Below, piece by piece: positions 13,314-24,739 of a stretch of 64,000 nt of DNA. Numbering within the stretch: the stretch's first letter is position 1; every line of letters begins with the position of its first letter. The notes under the pieces were generated by a model. It searched no databases. It was not told where the DNA came from and saw only the letters and a program-made list of their open reading frames with translations. The translations under genes and the position numbers were made by a program. The stretch is from contig NC_134030.1 in the NCBI RefSeq assembly GCF_964204645.1, positions 11,057,947 through 11,121,946 on the forward strand, read 5' to 3'. The DNA is from Tubulanus polymorphus (taxonomy: Eukaryota > Animalia > Nemertea).

Positions 13314-16300
13314 ATGGACAAAGAATTTGAAAATACCCATTGGCCATTATTAAACACCAAGGAAAGGTAAGCATGCACTTGGGCAGGTCTCTACTATCAA
13401 ACCATTCAGACCTAGTTCTTATAATTAACTGATACATGCACTATCATTACGTTGTTGACTTAGCCTAATGTCGTTCCAAGATCAGAGATAACTTATGACA
13501 ACCTCTCTGATGAACTTTGGCGAGTTTGACTATGAAAGATCTTTTAAGCTACTTACATTTAACAGTCGTTAACTGCTTTAGTTTCAATTTGAATTCAGAC
13601 AGTCTACTTTGGTGTCCTATTATGAGAAAGGGATGACTCATTGTGGAAATGAATTTACCAAAGGAATGGTACGAGAAGCCAGTGTTGCTACAGGCATGCC
13701 AGAGAAATCAGTTAAGGTAGGCCTATATAACTTTTTCTTATGATCTAGGGCCTACGGTGTTTTCTCCAGACTTTGTGATGAAGCACTTTTACTAAAATGA
13801 TAAATTGATAAACTGTATTTTAAAAGTTTTAGTTTATTCTGTTTAAGAAATGGATAGAGAACCACAAGGTACAATGTCGAAAGAAAGCTGGGATTTACAA
13901 CTATGAAAATCTGAGTAAGAAGCAGCGCATTCGATCATGCAGACCGTACGATGTTTATCTCTCTGATAAAAAAAAAGGAAAATGTAAGCTAGATACATGT
14001 TGATTTTAGTCAACCTCTATGTAGTTGCTGAGCCTGTTTAAAGTGAGGTGTGTGTAATTTGTATATCATTTTAGGCCAGGGAAATTGGAATGACCAAACA
14101 GAGGAAGCAATGGCTTCATACGCACAGAGGGCTGCAAGCCACAGCCAGCCTATCGGCCCAGAAAATAAAGAAAATAACATTGAATTTCTGGTGCATGAAC
14201 TAGAAAAAAAGGTAGGCCGTTTCATTTAACCATTAATGTTTATGTTATTTGCAGTCATCTAAATAACATAATTATACTTCAGGTAAATAAATTTACTTCG
14301 ACAACAGAAAAGTTGGATGTTGTGGCTATTGCTATTACTAAGGATGGGAATAGAATGTTTATATGTGGATCACCAATTCCAACAAAGTGGTTTGAAAAAC
14401 AGAGAGAGGTTCAGCAAAGTCTGAAGTCACTTTATCAGCCAGGTAAAGATAATTCAAACATACACACTTTCACTATCATTAACTAAGATAATTCAGGCAG
14501 TCTCAGTTTCTATACGTTTGTTGCTACATTCAGATGATGACAATCAATTAGAAGATGTCAACGTACTGCGATCGAAAGTCACAGATATGTTCAATCGTAA
14601 ATACAGTAAGCATATATTTTAGCTACTTGATTTGATTATACATTCAAATAGTCGAAAAATTCAGCATTTGACAATCGTAATCATTTCATATGCGCCATTA
14701 TATAGCTTCAGCAATAAAGGGTATCTCCGGGACGAGATGCAGCTACAAAGCGGTTGATGCTGGTCAAGTCAGGGCATTTAATTTGCCAACTGGAATAATT
14801 TTGAAAAGACCATCATCTTATGCAAAAAACTCGCTGAAAGCACTTTTGAAAAAGGAAGATAAAATATACTTCGAAGGTACACTGTTTCAACTTACCGGTA
14901 ATAGATATTTAACACACTAAGTTAGACACACTATTACATAATATATCAACATTTATCTTGATGTTGATATATTGAATGTCATTATTAGGCCACACAAAGA
15001 AATACCGTAGTTTCTCAGGTTTTTTCTGGAAAGTGACGCTGGTGAGCAAATTATATTTTCATAGCTCCTTTGAAAAAGAGTTGAAATAAATAGCTCGAAA
15101 CCAGAGACTTATATAAGAGATGCGGGAAGTAAGTAAATAACAAATACAGCGGTGCGGGCGAGCAGGATTTAATTTTTATAATAAAAAAAGACGATTCAGA
15201 TTGATGGTTTGCCAATGCGGGTTAGCGCATTTGAATTTTCGATTTTAATTTAATTAATTTCGATTTTTACTTTTTTTATGATGCGGGTGGCATTTGACCT
15301 TGAAGAACTAGGGTATTTCTTTGTGTGGGCTTAATGAATTGAAATACAATGTACTGGTACTGGTATATGTCTTAATGGAATATGGAAGGATAACATCAGA
15401 ATTATTTCTTATTAGTTGATACTATGAGCCACGAAGAAGCAGCGTCACCAACTGAAGAACTTCAGTTTCCAGAAGCCACTGAAGGTACAACTAAGTCTTT
15501 TTGTCTTATAAACTTACAAGCTATGGTAATATTGGGGTAAATTATCTTGTTTCTCATTGTAGATTCAGATGCTACAGAGATCATCAGAGGTACGTATTCT
15601 TATGTTATTCTTACGTTTAAGCAAAAAAGATATTGTTGTATCGCTAGGCTGAATTATTCTTTCTTTTTTTCATCAGAACCTAATATGGCAAAAAGAAAAG
15701 CCGAAGTCCTCACAAAGAAAACAGGGAAATCAGGTACGTTTTTAACACTAAGCTATGCAGTCTTTGATGAAAATATAATTGCACAAAATCAATTAAAAAA
15801 TTGTTCTCTTTCAGTAATCAAAACTGGCATCAAGAAAAGGAAAATAAATAATGGTAGGGTATGCACGTTTAAAGAAATATTTCAAAGCAGCCAGATCAGC
15901 ATTATTGTGTTTTATAAGGTAAAAAATTGATACCTTGTTTGTCCTCGGCAATAAATTTTCTAATCAGTTTATTTCTGTAACTGCCAGGTCTGTTATTGTT
16001 AGCTTGATCATGGTTTCAAAAAAAGTAAATAAACAGAGTAGATACATGGCCACCTGCGTCAATTTTTAAGCTCAGAAATAAGAAACATGGTATCAATTCT
16101 TTTTTCCTTATATCACAAATACAATATGCTTTTTTCCAAGTAATGCATTGGTCTGTTATTTCAAAATCAATTGATATGTTTTAATGGAAATGAAATGGAA
16201 ATGAAACTGATGGATAATATTAGAATTATTTCTTATTAGTTGATACTATGAGCCACGGAGAAGCAGCGTCACCAACTGAAGAACTTCTGTTTCCAGAAGC

Positions 16301-17501
16301 CACTGAAGGTACAACTAAGTCTTTTTGTCTTATAAACTTACAAGCTATGGTAATATTGGGGTAAATTATCTTGTTTCTCATTGTAGATTCAGATAGTGCA
16401 GAGATCATCAGAGGTACGTATTGTTCTTTATATTTAGAAAATAAATAAAATGAGATATTATTGAATAGCTAGGCTGAATTATCCTTTCTTTTTTTCAACA
16501 GAACCTATGACAAAAAGAAAAACCGAAGTTGTCACAAAGAAAAAGGAGAAATCAGGTATGCAGCCTTCAATTCAGTTAATACCAATCGAATACAGCATAA
16601 CCTTTCTAGTGAACACTTCGCTTCCTAAGAAATTGTTCACTATAGAGAGGTGTTCACTAATTGGAGGTAGCACATATTTTTCCGCAAAACCCAGGTTTTA
16701 GAAACCCTTCTTGAAGAACACTCCACATTGAAACCCCCTGTCACGTAAAACTCTGCATTTTTTGCTAGTCTAGACAGTGAACCCGCGTTCAATGCAGAGT
16801 TCAGGCGCCACAATTGACCTTGAACTTGCACTAAAGATGTTGTTCCTTACTACCGAAACTGTGTTAAGTGTAGACGCTGCTCACCGTGAACGCGGGTTTT
16901 CATTGAACCCAGGTACGTTGAAACCTGGGTACAACACGCTAGTGAGGACAAGGTTATTTTGGGATGGGACCACTGTTCACTATAAATACTCATTTGGTAA
17001 AGTTCACTAAATGGTGGTTCTGTTTAATTGAAAATGAGTAGGGAAAATTTGGTTCCCGGGTAAAAGTGTTCTCTAAGGGAGGCGTTCACTAAATAGAGGA
17101 GTTCACTAAGGGAGGTGTTCACTGTAGTTTCGTTTAAAAAAAAAATGATTGAGTTTTTTTTCATTTTAGCAAATAAATCCAGAAAGAAACCAAATGATGG
17201 TATGTATTTATGCAGAAACAGCATCTTAAAGCGCAAAATTTCAATTGTAATATGTAGCCTGTGGTAGTATATTTGATATCAATCTTTAATTCCAGACATA
17301 TTCTTGGTGGAAAAAATTGTTGGTCATCAATCGAAAGGAGGTCAACAATATTACAAAATTAAGTGGTTGGACTTCTCTTCAAAACACAACACATGGGAGC
17401 CGATTGAAAACCTGACATCCGTTATGGATATGGTGATCTCGTATGATAAAAAGATACAAAGTATTGTAGAAAAACATCAACCAATTGAATTGAAAGAATA
17501 A
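13314..17501 (+). CDS. Multidomain nuclear protein: HDX-like homeodomain + HMG-box-like segment + GTF2I-like repeat + C-terminal chromodomain; 16 coding exons, ~470 aa
   Basis: In-phase exons start at 13314, 13599, 13848, 14075, 14283, 14534, 14706, ~15416, ~15563, ~15677, ~15815, ~16239, ~16387, ~16502, ~17170 and 17296. Segments: QSTLVSYYEKGMT..ATGMPEKSVKKWIENHK; RPYDVYL..WNDQTEEAMASYAQRA; LRSKVTDMFNRKY..NLPTGIILKRPSSY..IYF; FLVEKIVGH..YKIKWLDFSSKHNTWEPIENL. A probable 5'UTR exon ends at 12627. Confidence 0.82.
14988..15330. mobile_element. MITE in intron; related ends at ~4285 and ~38540-38573
   Basis: TIRs GGCCACACAAAGAAATACC / GGTATTTCTTTGTGTGGGC. Confidence 0.75.
16593..17124. mobile_element. 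Tc1/mariner-type MITE with a nested inverted-repeat insert (~16685-16935)
   Basis: TA|CAG ... CTG|TA ends; repeated gttcacta motifs. Confidence 0.6.
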
Positions 17502-18125
17502 AAGAATTTATTATAGTACAAGAAACCAATTCATTTACATTTTTCATTCATTGAGATCGGAGTAGAGCTGTTGAGGAAACTTCACTTGCTTTGGTGAATT
17601 TAACAATTAAATTATAGTTTAGTCTACATCAGTCTTTCTGGAAAAGAAAATATTAGAAATGCTGAAATCAATACATATATTGTGATTGGAACAGAGCCCA
17701 AATGGATTACTGAACGAAATGGAATACTGAGCAAATCCCCAAGTTCCTTGAGTGCCATAATTCAGGTACCGGTAATTTGTTGGGGGCTATTACAACTTGC
17801 CTGTTATTTGATTGTATGAATCGCACATAGGTTATCGCACATAGGTTATGTGAGAAACTTGATATCGAAGGGTCCATTCATCTTGTTGATTCTGTCCAAA
17901 TGAAATCGAATATAAATGTAATTACAAATGTGATACTCATGTATAAAAGACGATTTTTAAGTTTAACACATCTACTCTATTTAGTCGTATTACAAAATCT
18001 TTACAATGCAATCAAATATCAACTAGGGGTTAGGGGACGCAATCGATGAGCATGCCCCCATTTGGATCCGAGCAGCCTGCAGACGGTCTCTGTGGCAGTA
18101 CCCAAGAAGTTTTTATTGTGATCGA

Positions 18126-19392
18126 AACTAGGGGTCCAGGGACACCATGCCCACTTGGGAAGTGGTTTCAAATGCTCAACAATCTAACAATTTCAATATT
18201 CAACGCCCTCTGGTGACCATATACAAAAACCAATGACCTTCAACCCAATACAATCATAAAACATGTCAGCAGCTACGATTTTGTAATTGATTGTGATAAC
18301 AAAAAATGCCACGTTACTAATTTAATATGGAAATACTAAGTTAATCTACTATTCAACGCCCCCTGGTGACCATATTCAAAACCCAATAACCTTGTAACTC
18401 ACCATATTCATAGAACATGTCATGAACTACAACTTCGCAATTGATCATGGTAACAAAATATGCCTAGGTACCAATATAATAAGGAAATACCAGGTTATTC
18501 TACTATTCAACGCCCCCTGGTGACTATGTAGAATTACTGATTTCCTTAAAACTCACCACAATCATAGATGATGTCATGAGCTACAACTTTGCAATTGATT
18601 GCGGTAACAAAATATGTATTGGTACAAATATAATATAGAAATACTAAGATATTGTATTATTCAACGCCCCCTGGTGGCCATATACAAAAAACAATGAACT
18701 TGAAACTCACCCCAATCATAGAACACATTATACTCTAAAACTTTCTAATTCATTGTTGTAACAAAATATGCTTAGGTACCAATATAATGTCGAAAAACTT
18801 TTTCCCACCTACGAATGAGTACTAATGACACCAAGATGGCTGCCAATTGCGTCATAATTGGCGGATCAAAAATACCTATCTCGGGTATAAAACATCCCTT
18901 TACAAAGAATACCCATCACAAATTGCAATGAGAAATGGCAAACCAGTAGGAAGCTACAGGACCTAGAATTCTGGCCAAAATTGACATTTTTGGGCACTAA
19001 AAAGGTCATAGGACGGCCATCTTGAGTCAGATGGACCCAATTTTTCTTATGCTGATGGGCCCTTGGTAGATTCAAATATATTCGAAAGATCAAGGTAATT
19101 GATCATATCGTCTTCAAAATTTCCCTCGTAAACTTCGAAAATGTGTAAAAAGTGCTGATTTTGGCAAACAACAATGGCTGCCAGTCGGCCATGTTGATTC
19201 TGATAGGGCCAGTTTTTGGGCTGAAGATGTGTCTAGGGTAGATACATGTATAAACCAAATATCAAGACATTACCTTGAAGCGTCTTCAAAACTTCCCAAA
19301 ATAACTGGATTCCGTCTACGGACAGACGAACAGATGGACGGACGAAAAGTGAACGCAATAGCCCGCTGGGACTTAAGTCCCAAGTGGGCTAA
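18126..19392 (-). mobile_element. Full-length HINE (Helentron-associated element) with 4 x 154-bp core repeats
   Basis: Minus strand reads: T-run, AGCCCACTTGGGA sub-TIR within a hairpin, (GTCY)n microsatellite, tandem cores, TCCCAAGTGGGC, hairpin, CTAGTT. Confidence 0.85.
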
Positions 19393-19837
19393 AAAAGTTT
19401 CATTTTTAAGTCATAAAAATTCACCCTATGTGGAAAATATGTTCGTCAGTCATGGTGACAATGTTCAAATTCAAGAAATCTCACAAAATGGAGGATTTTC
19501 TCTCCTATTCAACTGGACTAAAGGAGTCTTTTTGCCAATCCATCTAATTGGTGCAGAACTGGAATAATATTGGATTTCGGTTGTTGTCCACGATTTTTGG
19601 GAATCTGTTAAGACCTAAATGAGGTACGTTCCCCAAAAAGTAAGCGAGATATCCCAACATAGTACGGAAGCCCTGAGACGAATCTTTATGTCGCGTAATT
19701 TCATAATGTCGTGCATGGCCAAATAAACTCGAAATCTCATTAACTTGGGAAGTTATGAACTGGGGAACTCGTGAACCCAAGATGTCGTCTCAGGGCTTCC
19801 ATACAACAGAGAAACAGGCGTGAAGCTAACACTAACA

Positions 19838-20008
19838 GGGGTCATTCATTTATTACACGCTAGAGCCAGGAGGGGGGAAGGGATAAGTGCAATAGCGTAC
19901 TGTAATGCTTAATGTAGATGCAAAAATGGCCGATTTTGCATACTGAGGGGAGGGGGGTTGAAAAATTCAAATACTATGCGTACTGTACGTAATAAATGAA
20001 TGATCCCC
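19838..20008. mobile_element. Short MITE
   Basis: TIRs GGGGTCATTCATTTATTAC / GTAATAAATGAATGATCCCC. Confidence 0.7.
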
Positions 20009-20061
20009 GAAGTAGGCCTGCTAATAATGTCAAGCATGAGGCGTGGAAAACCCAAACTACT

Positions 20062-21010
20062 ACGTCTATTTCAACTTGACTTGAGAGCACATCAGGTGGC
20101 CTAGCTCGCTCATTTTTGGTAGTACATACCTGGTCTTATTAGACCAGAAAGCACTGGCAGTGGATCTAAAACATCATTTTTTAATCCATTTGAAACTGTA
20201 TTAAAAGATATCCAAAACGTCTGCATTGAAAGGGGATTAGGCCGCCTAAAGCCGGGTGCACACCTTTGCGATCATCGCGACATCGTATCATCGCATGCGA
20301 TGTAGCGATGACACGATGAAAATCGTATCATCGCCGCATACCTTTGCTATTTTTATGAGGGCCTCGAGTTGGATTCAATCACGTGACTGAGCCGCTGATT
20401 TTGAACATCATATGACTGCTTCATCCTTAATTCTGATTGGTTACTAAAAATTTTTATCCGGAACATCGGCAGCGTAGCCCGCAGACCTTTCTTATCTCAC
20501 GGAAAAATCGCATACGAAAATAAGAAACATGTTTGATTTGTTGCGATGTAATCGGCTCCGGATGCCACCGCATACCTTTACAATGATGCGATAAAACCAT
20601 GCGATGAAGCGATCATACGATCAATCGCAAAGGTGTGTGCCGGGCTTAAATAAAGAAATTTGACTCAATAATTTGAAAGTTTAACAATAGGTTTCCATGC
20701 CTACACACCAAACTTCAGTTGAGTTGGTAGGCATGGAAACATATTCAGATATTGATAAACATTTAAATCATAATCATGGAGTCTCTTTTCTCTCATGAAC
20801 CTCTTTCAATGCAGACTTTTTGGATGTCCTTTAAAGCAGTTTAAAATTGATTAAAACACGATGTTTTAGGTCAGCTGCCATTGCTTTCCGGTCGTAGTGA
20901 GACTTTTATCAGGACAGGTATACGTGTACCACCATAACTGACTGAGTAGGCCACCCGGTATGCTTCTCACGAAATGTCACAAGTCAGGTTGAAATTGAAA
21001 ATGAAATAGA
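20062..21010. mobile_element. Old foldback MITE with ~180-bp imperfect inverted arms
   Basis: 20065-20235 is an imperfect reverse complement of 20800-21010. Confidence 0.65.
20250..20646. mobile_element. PIF/Harbinger-type MITE nested in the previous element
   Basis: TIRs AGCCGGGTGCACACCTTTGCGAT / ATCGCAAAGGTGTGTGCCGGGCT; TAA target duplication. Confidence 0.8.
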
Positions 21011-21363
21011 CATTAGGCCACCTTACTTACCAGTGTACACGGGGATTGGATGCAGATTGTCGTCTTGATCGAATTCAGGCCTAAAATCCTTGTAAAACGC
21101 GATTGTTATGCCAGCCGGAGGAGTTTTGTATGGCCCAAATAGGCTTCGTCCTTGAGAAGATGGATCTGTCGATAACAACCGACAGTCATGCCGAACTAAG
21201 TACCAAAATATAAATTTGCGACCAACGCGCGCGCCCTTCTGGCAATGAGTATCTAAGAAGGGTTACCATAATATAGTATACTATAACACGAGGCGATAGA
21301 CTATCAAATGAAGGTTTACCCTTCTTTGATAAAGTATCGACGAAGGGGATGTGTATCGGGTGA

Positions 21364-22535
21364 CATATCTCACTCATCACTCGCAATAAACAATGCGGCG
21401 ATTGTAACGATTAGACTTACAATTTCAAATATTATTCGACAAACCATAGGAATCCATCTCACAGTGCCAAATGAGCGTACTCTACATATTTCCCTAGCTA
21501 AACATGAAACGAACATTTCAAACAACGGGAAACGTGGATTTTATTGTTTTCCAGTGCGGCGTTTTTCGAAAACTTACAGAAACTTCGAACGAACATTTAT
21601 TTCGATTTTAGTATCATCAACTGCAATTAATTTGGCCGTCATCGAAACTGCGTTGGATGTTTCGACACCAGCATTCGGACATGGAATTCATTCACCGACA
21701 AAATTTTCATTTGAATTTTAAAAATTGAACGCTTAGTTTCAAGTGTACGTACGCATTACTTTGAATGTTTTTAATGCAGCCTACGTTACCATGAATTTAT
21801 CAGTATTATAGGTGTGTGGGTTCGGAATTCGCTTCCTAAATCACTCGAATTACGAGATAATTAATACGCGTATTCAAATTCATTGACTATGGGAATAACG
21901 ATTAACCATAAGATAATCGCACAGTTTAACCTCAATTATGATAATCTATATATCAATAAATTAGTTTCATAGAATTATAATTTTTACATCAATACGTGTA
22001 TATTAACCATTGTTGCTGGTTAGTTTAATTAATAAGTAGACTGATTATTTTACATGAATGAAATCCATGAGATATGATTAATCACCTGCCAGCTAGCGGG
22101 ACCCGAACTGTTAGGGGTGAAGCTTTAGAACGTGGGAATTTTAATTTCGTACCTGTATTAGTACGAACAATGATTAAGGACCTTGAAATTCGATATGCGT
22201 AGCAAATATAGCAAATTATTCTAATAAGCCGATATAAAGGTAACGTAAATGAGACATTTCACACATCACGATTCGAATTTCTAAGAGCACACGTAGGCCA
22301 ACAAATCGGCTAATCTCTGTCTGACAGGTTAAAGCTAATCCGTTATAGTGCAGCAGCTGATATTGGCCGAATCCGTGAATTTTGGTGAAAGTTTTGCAAT
22401 TTTCAGTTACAACAAGTGGAAAATCAAAGATAGAGAAAATCGATAATCCAATGTGGTAATTTTCGATTTATTTATTTATCGATAAATCATTTGCAGATAT
22501 TCTGTAGAAACTTGGCTAAGATGGTGAACTTAAAC
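21364..22535 (+). repeat. ~1.17-kb direct repeat, copy 1
   Basis: Colinear and highly similar to 34850-36015. Confidence 0.9.
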
Positions 22536-24739
22536 TTAGATTACTACAGTGGTGATGTTAAGTGGGCTGACCTGTCATGGCAGCAATAAATCGTTAAAAA
22601 AAACGTTTGCTTTCTCGAACTCGCCAAAACAAACTTGATAGCGAGAAATCAAATATAAACGCGAAAAAACAAGATTTAACTCGAGAAAACAAAAATCAGG
22701 CGACGAAACAAAATAATTTGTCGAGGAAGCAAAATAATTTGTTTTCTCGCGCAAAATATTTGTTTTCTCACGTTAATGTGTTTGCTCGCCCCGCCAAAAC
22801 AAGAATTAACGCGAGAAAACAAATATTTTACACGAGAAAACAAAATAATTTGTTTTCTGTATTGAAGAATTTCCTCGATACATCTAATGGACAGCGTTGC
22901 GGTTGACTTGTACGATTAGCCATGGCATCCATTGTGAATCATTAGTAGATGGCAGCACCTTAAAATTAGATTAATAAACTAACCCATAAATACTCGATAT
23001 CTGCTCTTCAAACTCTACAAGCCATCATATCCCCGTGGAAGCATGGAATACCGAAGCCACCAGTCTTCTTCGATTTTCGATCAATCAATGTTAGTTTTTT
23101 CCAAAGAATGCAAAAGGATATAGACTTTTTAAACTTTCCCGGAATATACAAATCGTAAAAAAGTGACCTGGCACGGGTTTTTGTCGTATAAGCACAGACT
23201 ATGTTAGAGGGGTCTGAATCAACTGCCCTGGGAATCAGCCATGTAAATAAACAACAGATAGAAATCAGGGCTACACTAAGCGGAGAAAAAGAATAGCTAT
23301 TAGGACTTCTAAAAATGAAATTTGACTACGAAATAAAAAAAACTTTAAATCACTAAGTAAAATGGTAGAAATTAATCTCATGACAGCATCCTCATAAAAA
23401 AAGAACACTGAGAGGGCACCTTAAGTGCCTACCTCACGAGTACACTTAGTTTCAAAGCAAGAGGCTATCTTGTCATAGGCTTTTACAGGCCTTCAATTGA
23501 CGGTAAATGATGATATGATATTATATGATACGATATGTTCGAATGGGCGCAGATTTTTCAAAACCGTTCCGAATTCAAAGGAATCCCTACAATAGGTTAC
23601 GGTAGACTCCGTTTATTCCAAATTCGATTGCCTCGTGATGAGAACTTTCCCTGCTCCGATTGCCCCGGAATACATATATGCGTACCTCTGGGAGAATTAA
23701 TTGTTCTCGATAGATACGAGGCAAGTGGAGTCTGGCTGTATTTGTATTTCTTCAAGGTCCCGTGAATTTGGTGCCACGTGTTGCATAGTAATTGCGATTT
23801 GTTCTCTTTGCTTTTTGGAACGAACGATAATAGAAATAGGACGATATTCTTATGAAAGAGTTATTTTTATGTGCATAATAAATGAATAAACGCTTAGCAT
23901 ATTAATTGATAGTGAGACTTAAACTGATTTATCTTCTTATATACCGCAATATCAACAACGTTACCTTTGCAATTTCTAACAAATATCATTCCCTGATTTA
24001 AACAATTTTATGAAAATTAGGGCAAATACTTTCATTTATAATAATAATAATAAATTTATTTCCACAATAAAATTACAACATGTCATAAAGAGATATACAA
24101 ATATGAAATGTTTTAATATAAAGTGGAGGAGATAACTAATCTTATTTAAAAGATAAGATTCAAGATGTGAATTACAAGGTAAGACTGACTGTGCAGAACA
24201 CTCCACACTGCGGGCGTGTCTTCAAAAGCTACTACTACAGTAGTTGCTTATATCCTGAACTAGTTGGTGTATCTACCGTTAGGATCGGATCCAGGAAGAA
24301 AGACACACATAATCAGTTGAAATGCAAAGGATTTTTATGGAATATGTTAAGATGAACACGGGGATGACTCAATTCAAAATGACTTTTAGTTAATCTACTG
24401 GGGATAAGGTTAATACCATTCTATACAACACAGCCCAGAATATCAGTTATTACCTATGGTAGGGGGTCTGATTGCACACAGCAAATTATTAGAAAGATTT
24501 GAAATAATTCAGAAAGTTATTTCTCAAAAACAACTTTACCTTCCTTGTATATGTCCGGCAGTGCATACAAATTACCCGTTTCCAGTATTTCGAAGTAACC
24601 AAAATGTCTATGTAAGGCCACCAACGGAAGAGCATTGAAATGTTAACCAACGAGACTATTTTTACGTGGTGAAATTGTGATATGTGGCATGAAATGTTTT
24701 ATGTCTGCTAATATTTTGTCAACTGCGTTGATAAGTTCT

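Noticed and set aside
4790-19135. The long inverted arms as TIRs of one 14-kb transposon
   Set aside because: Each arm has its own HINE anatomy with 3' ends facing inward, the arms are diverged and unequal, a third fragment lies at 1395-1552, no TSD was found, and the transposase lies outside.
22590-22906. 99-aa ORF
   Set aside because: Translation of low-complexity cgagaaaacaaa-type repeats, probably a MITE interior whose ends I could not define.
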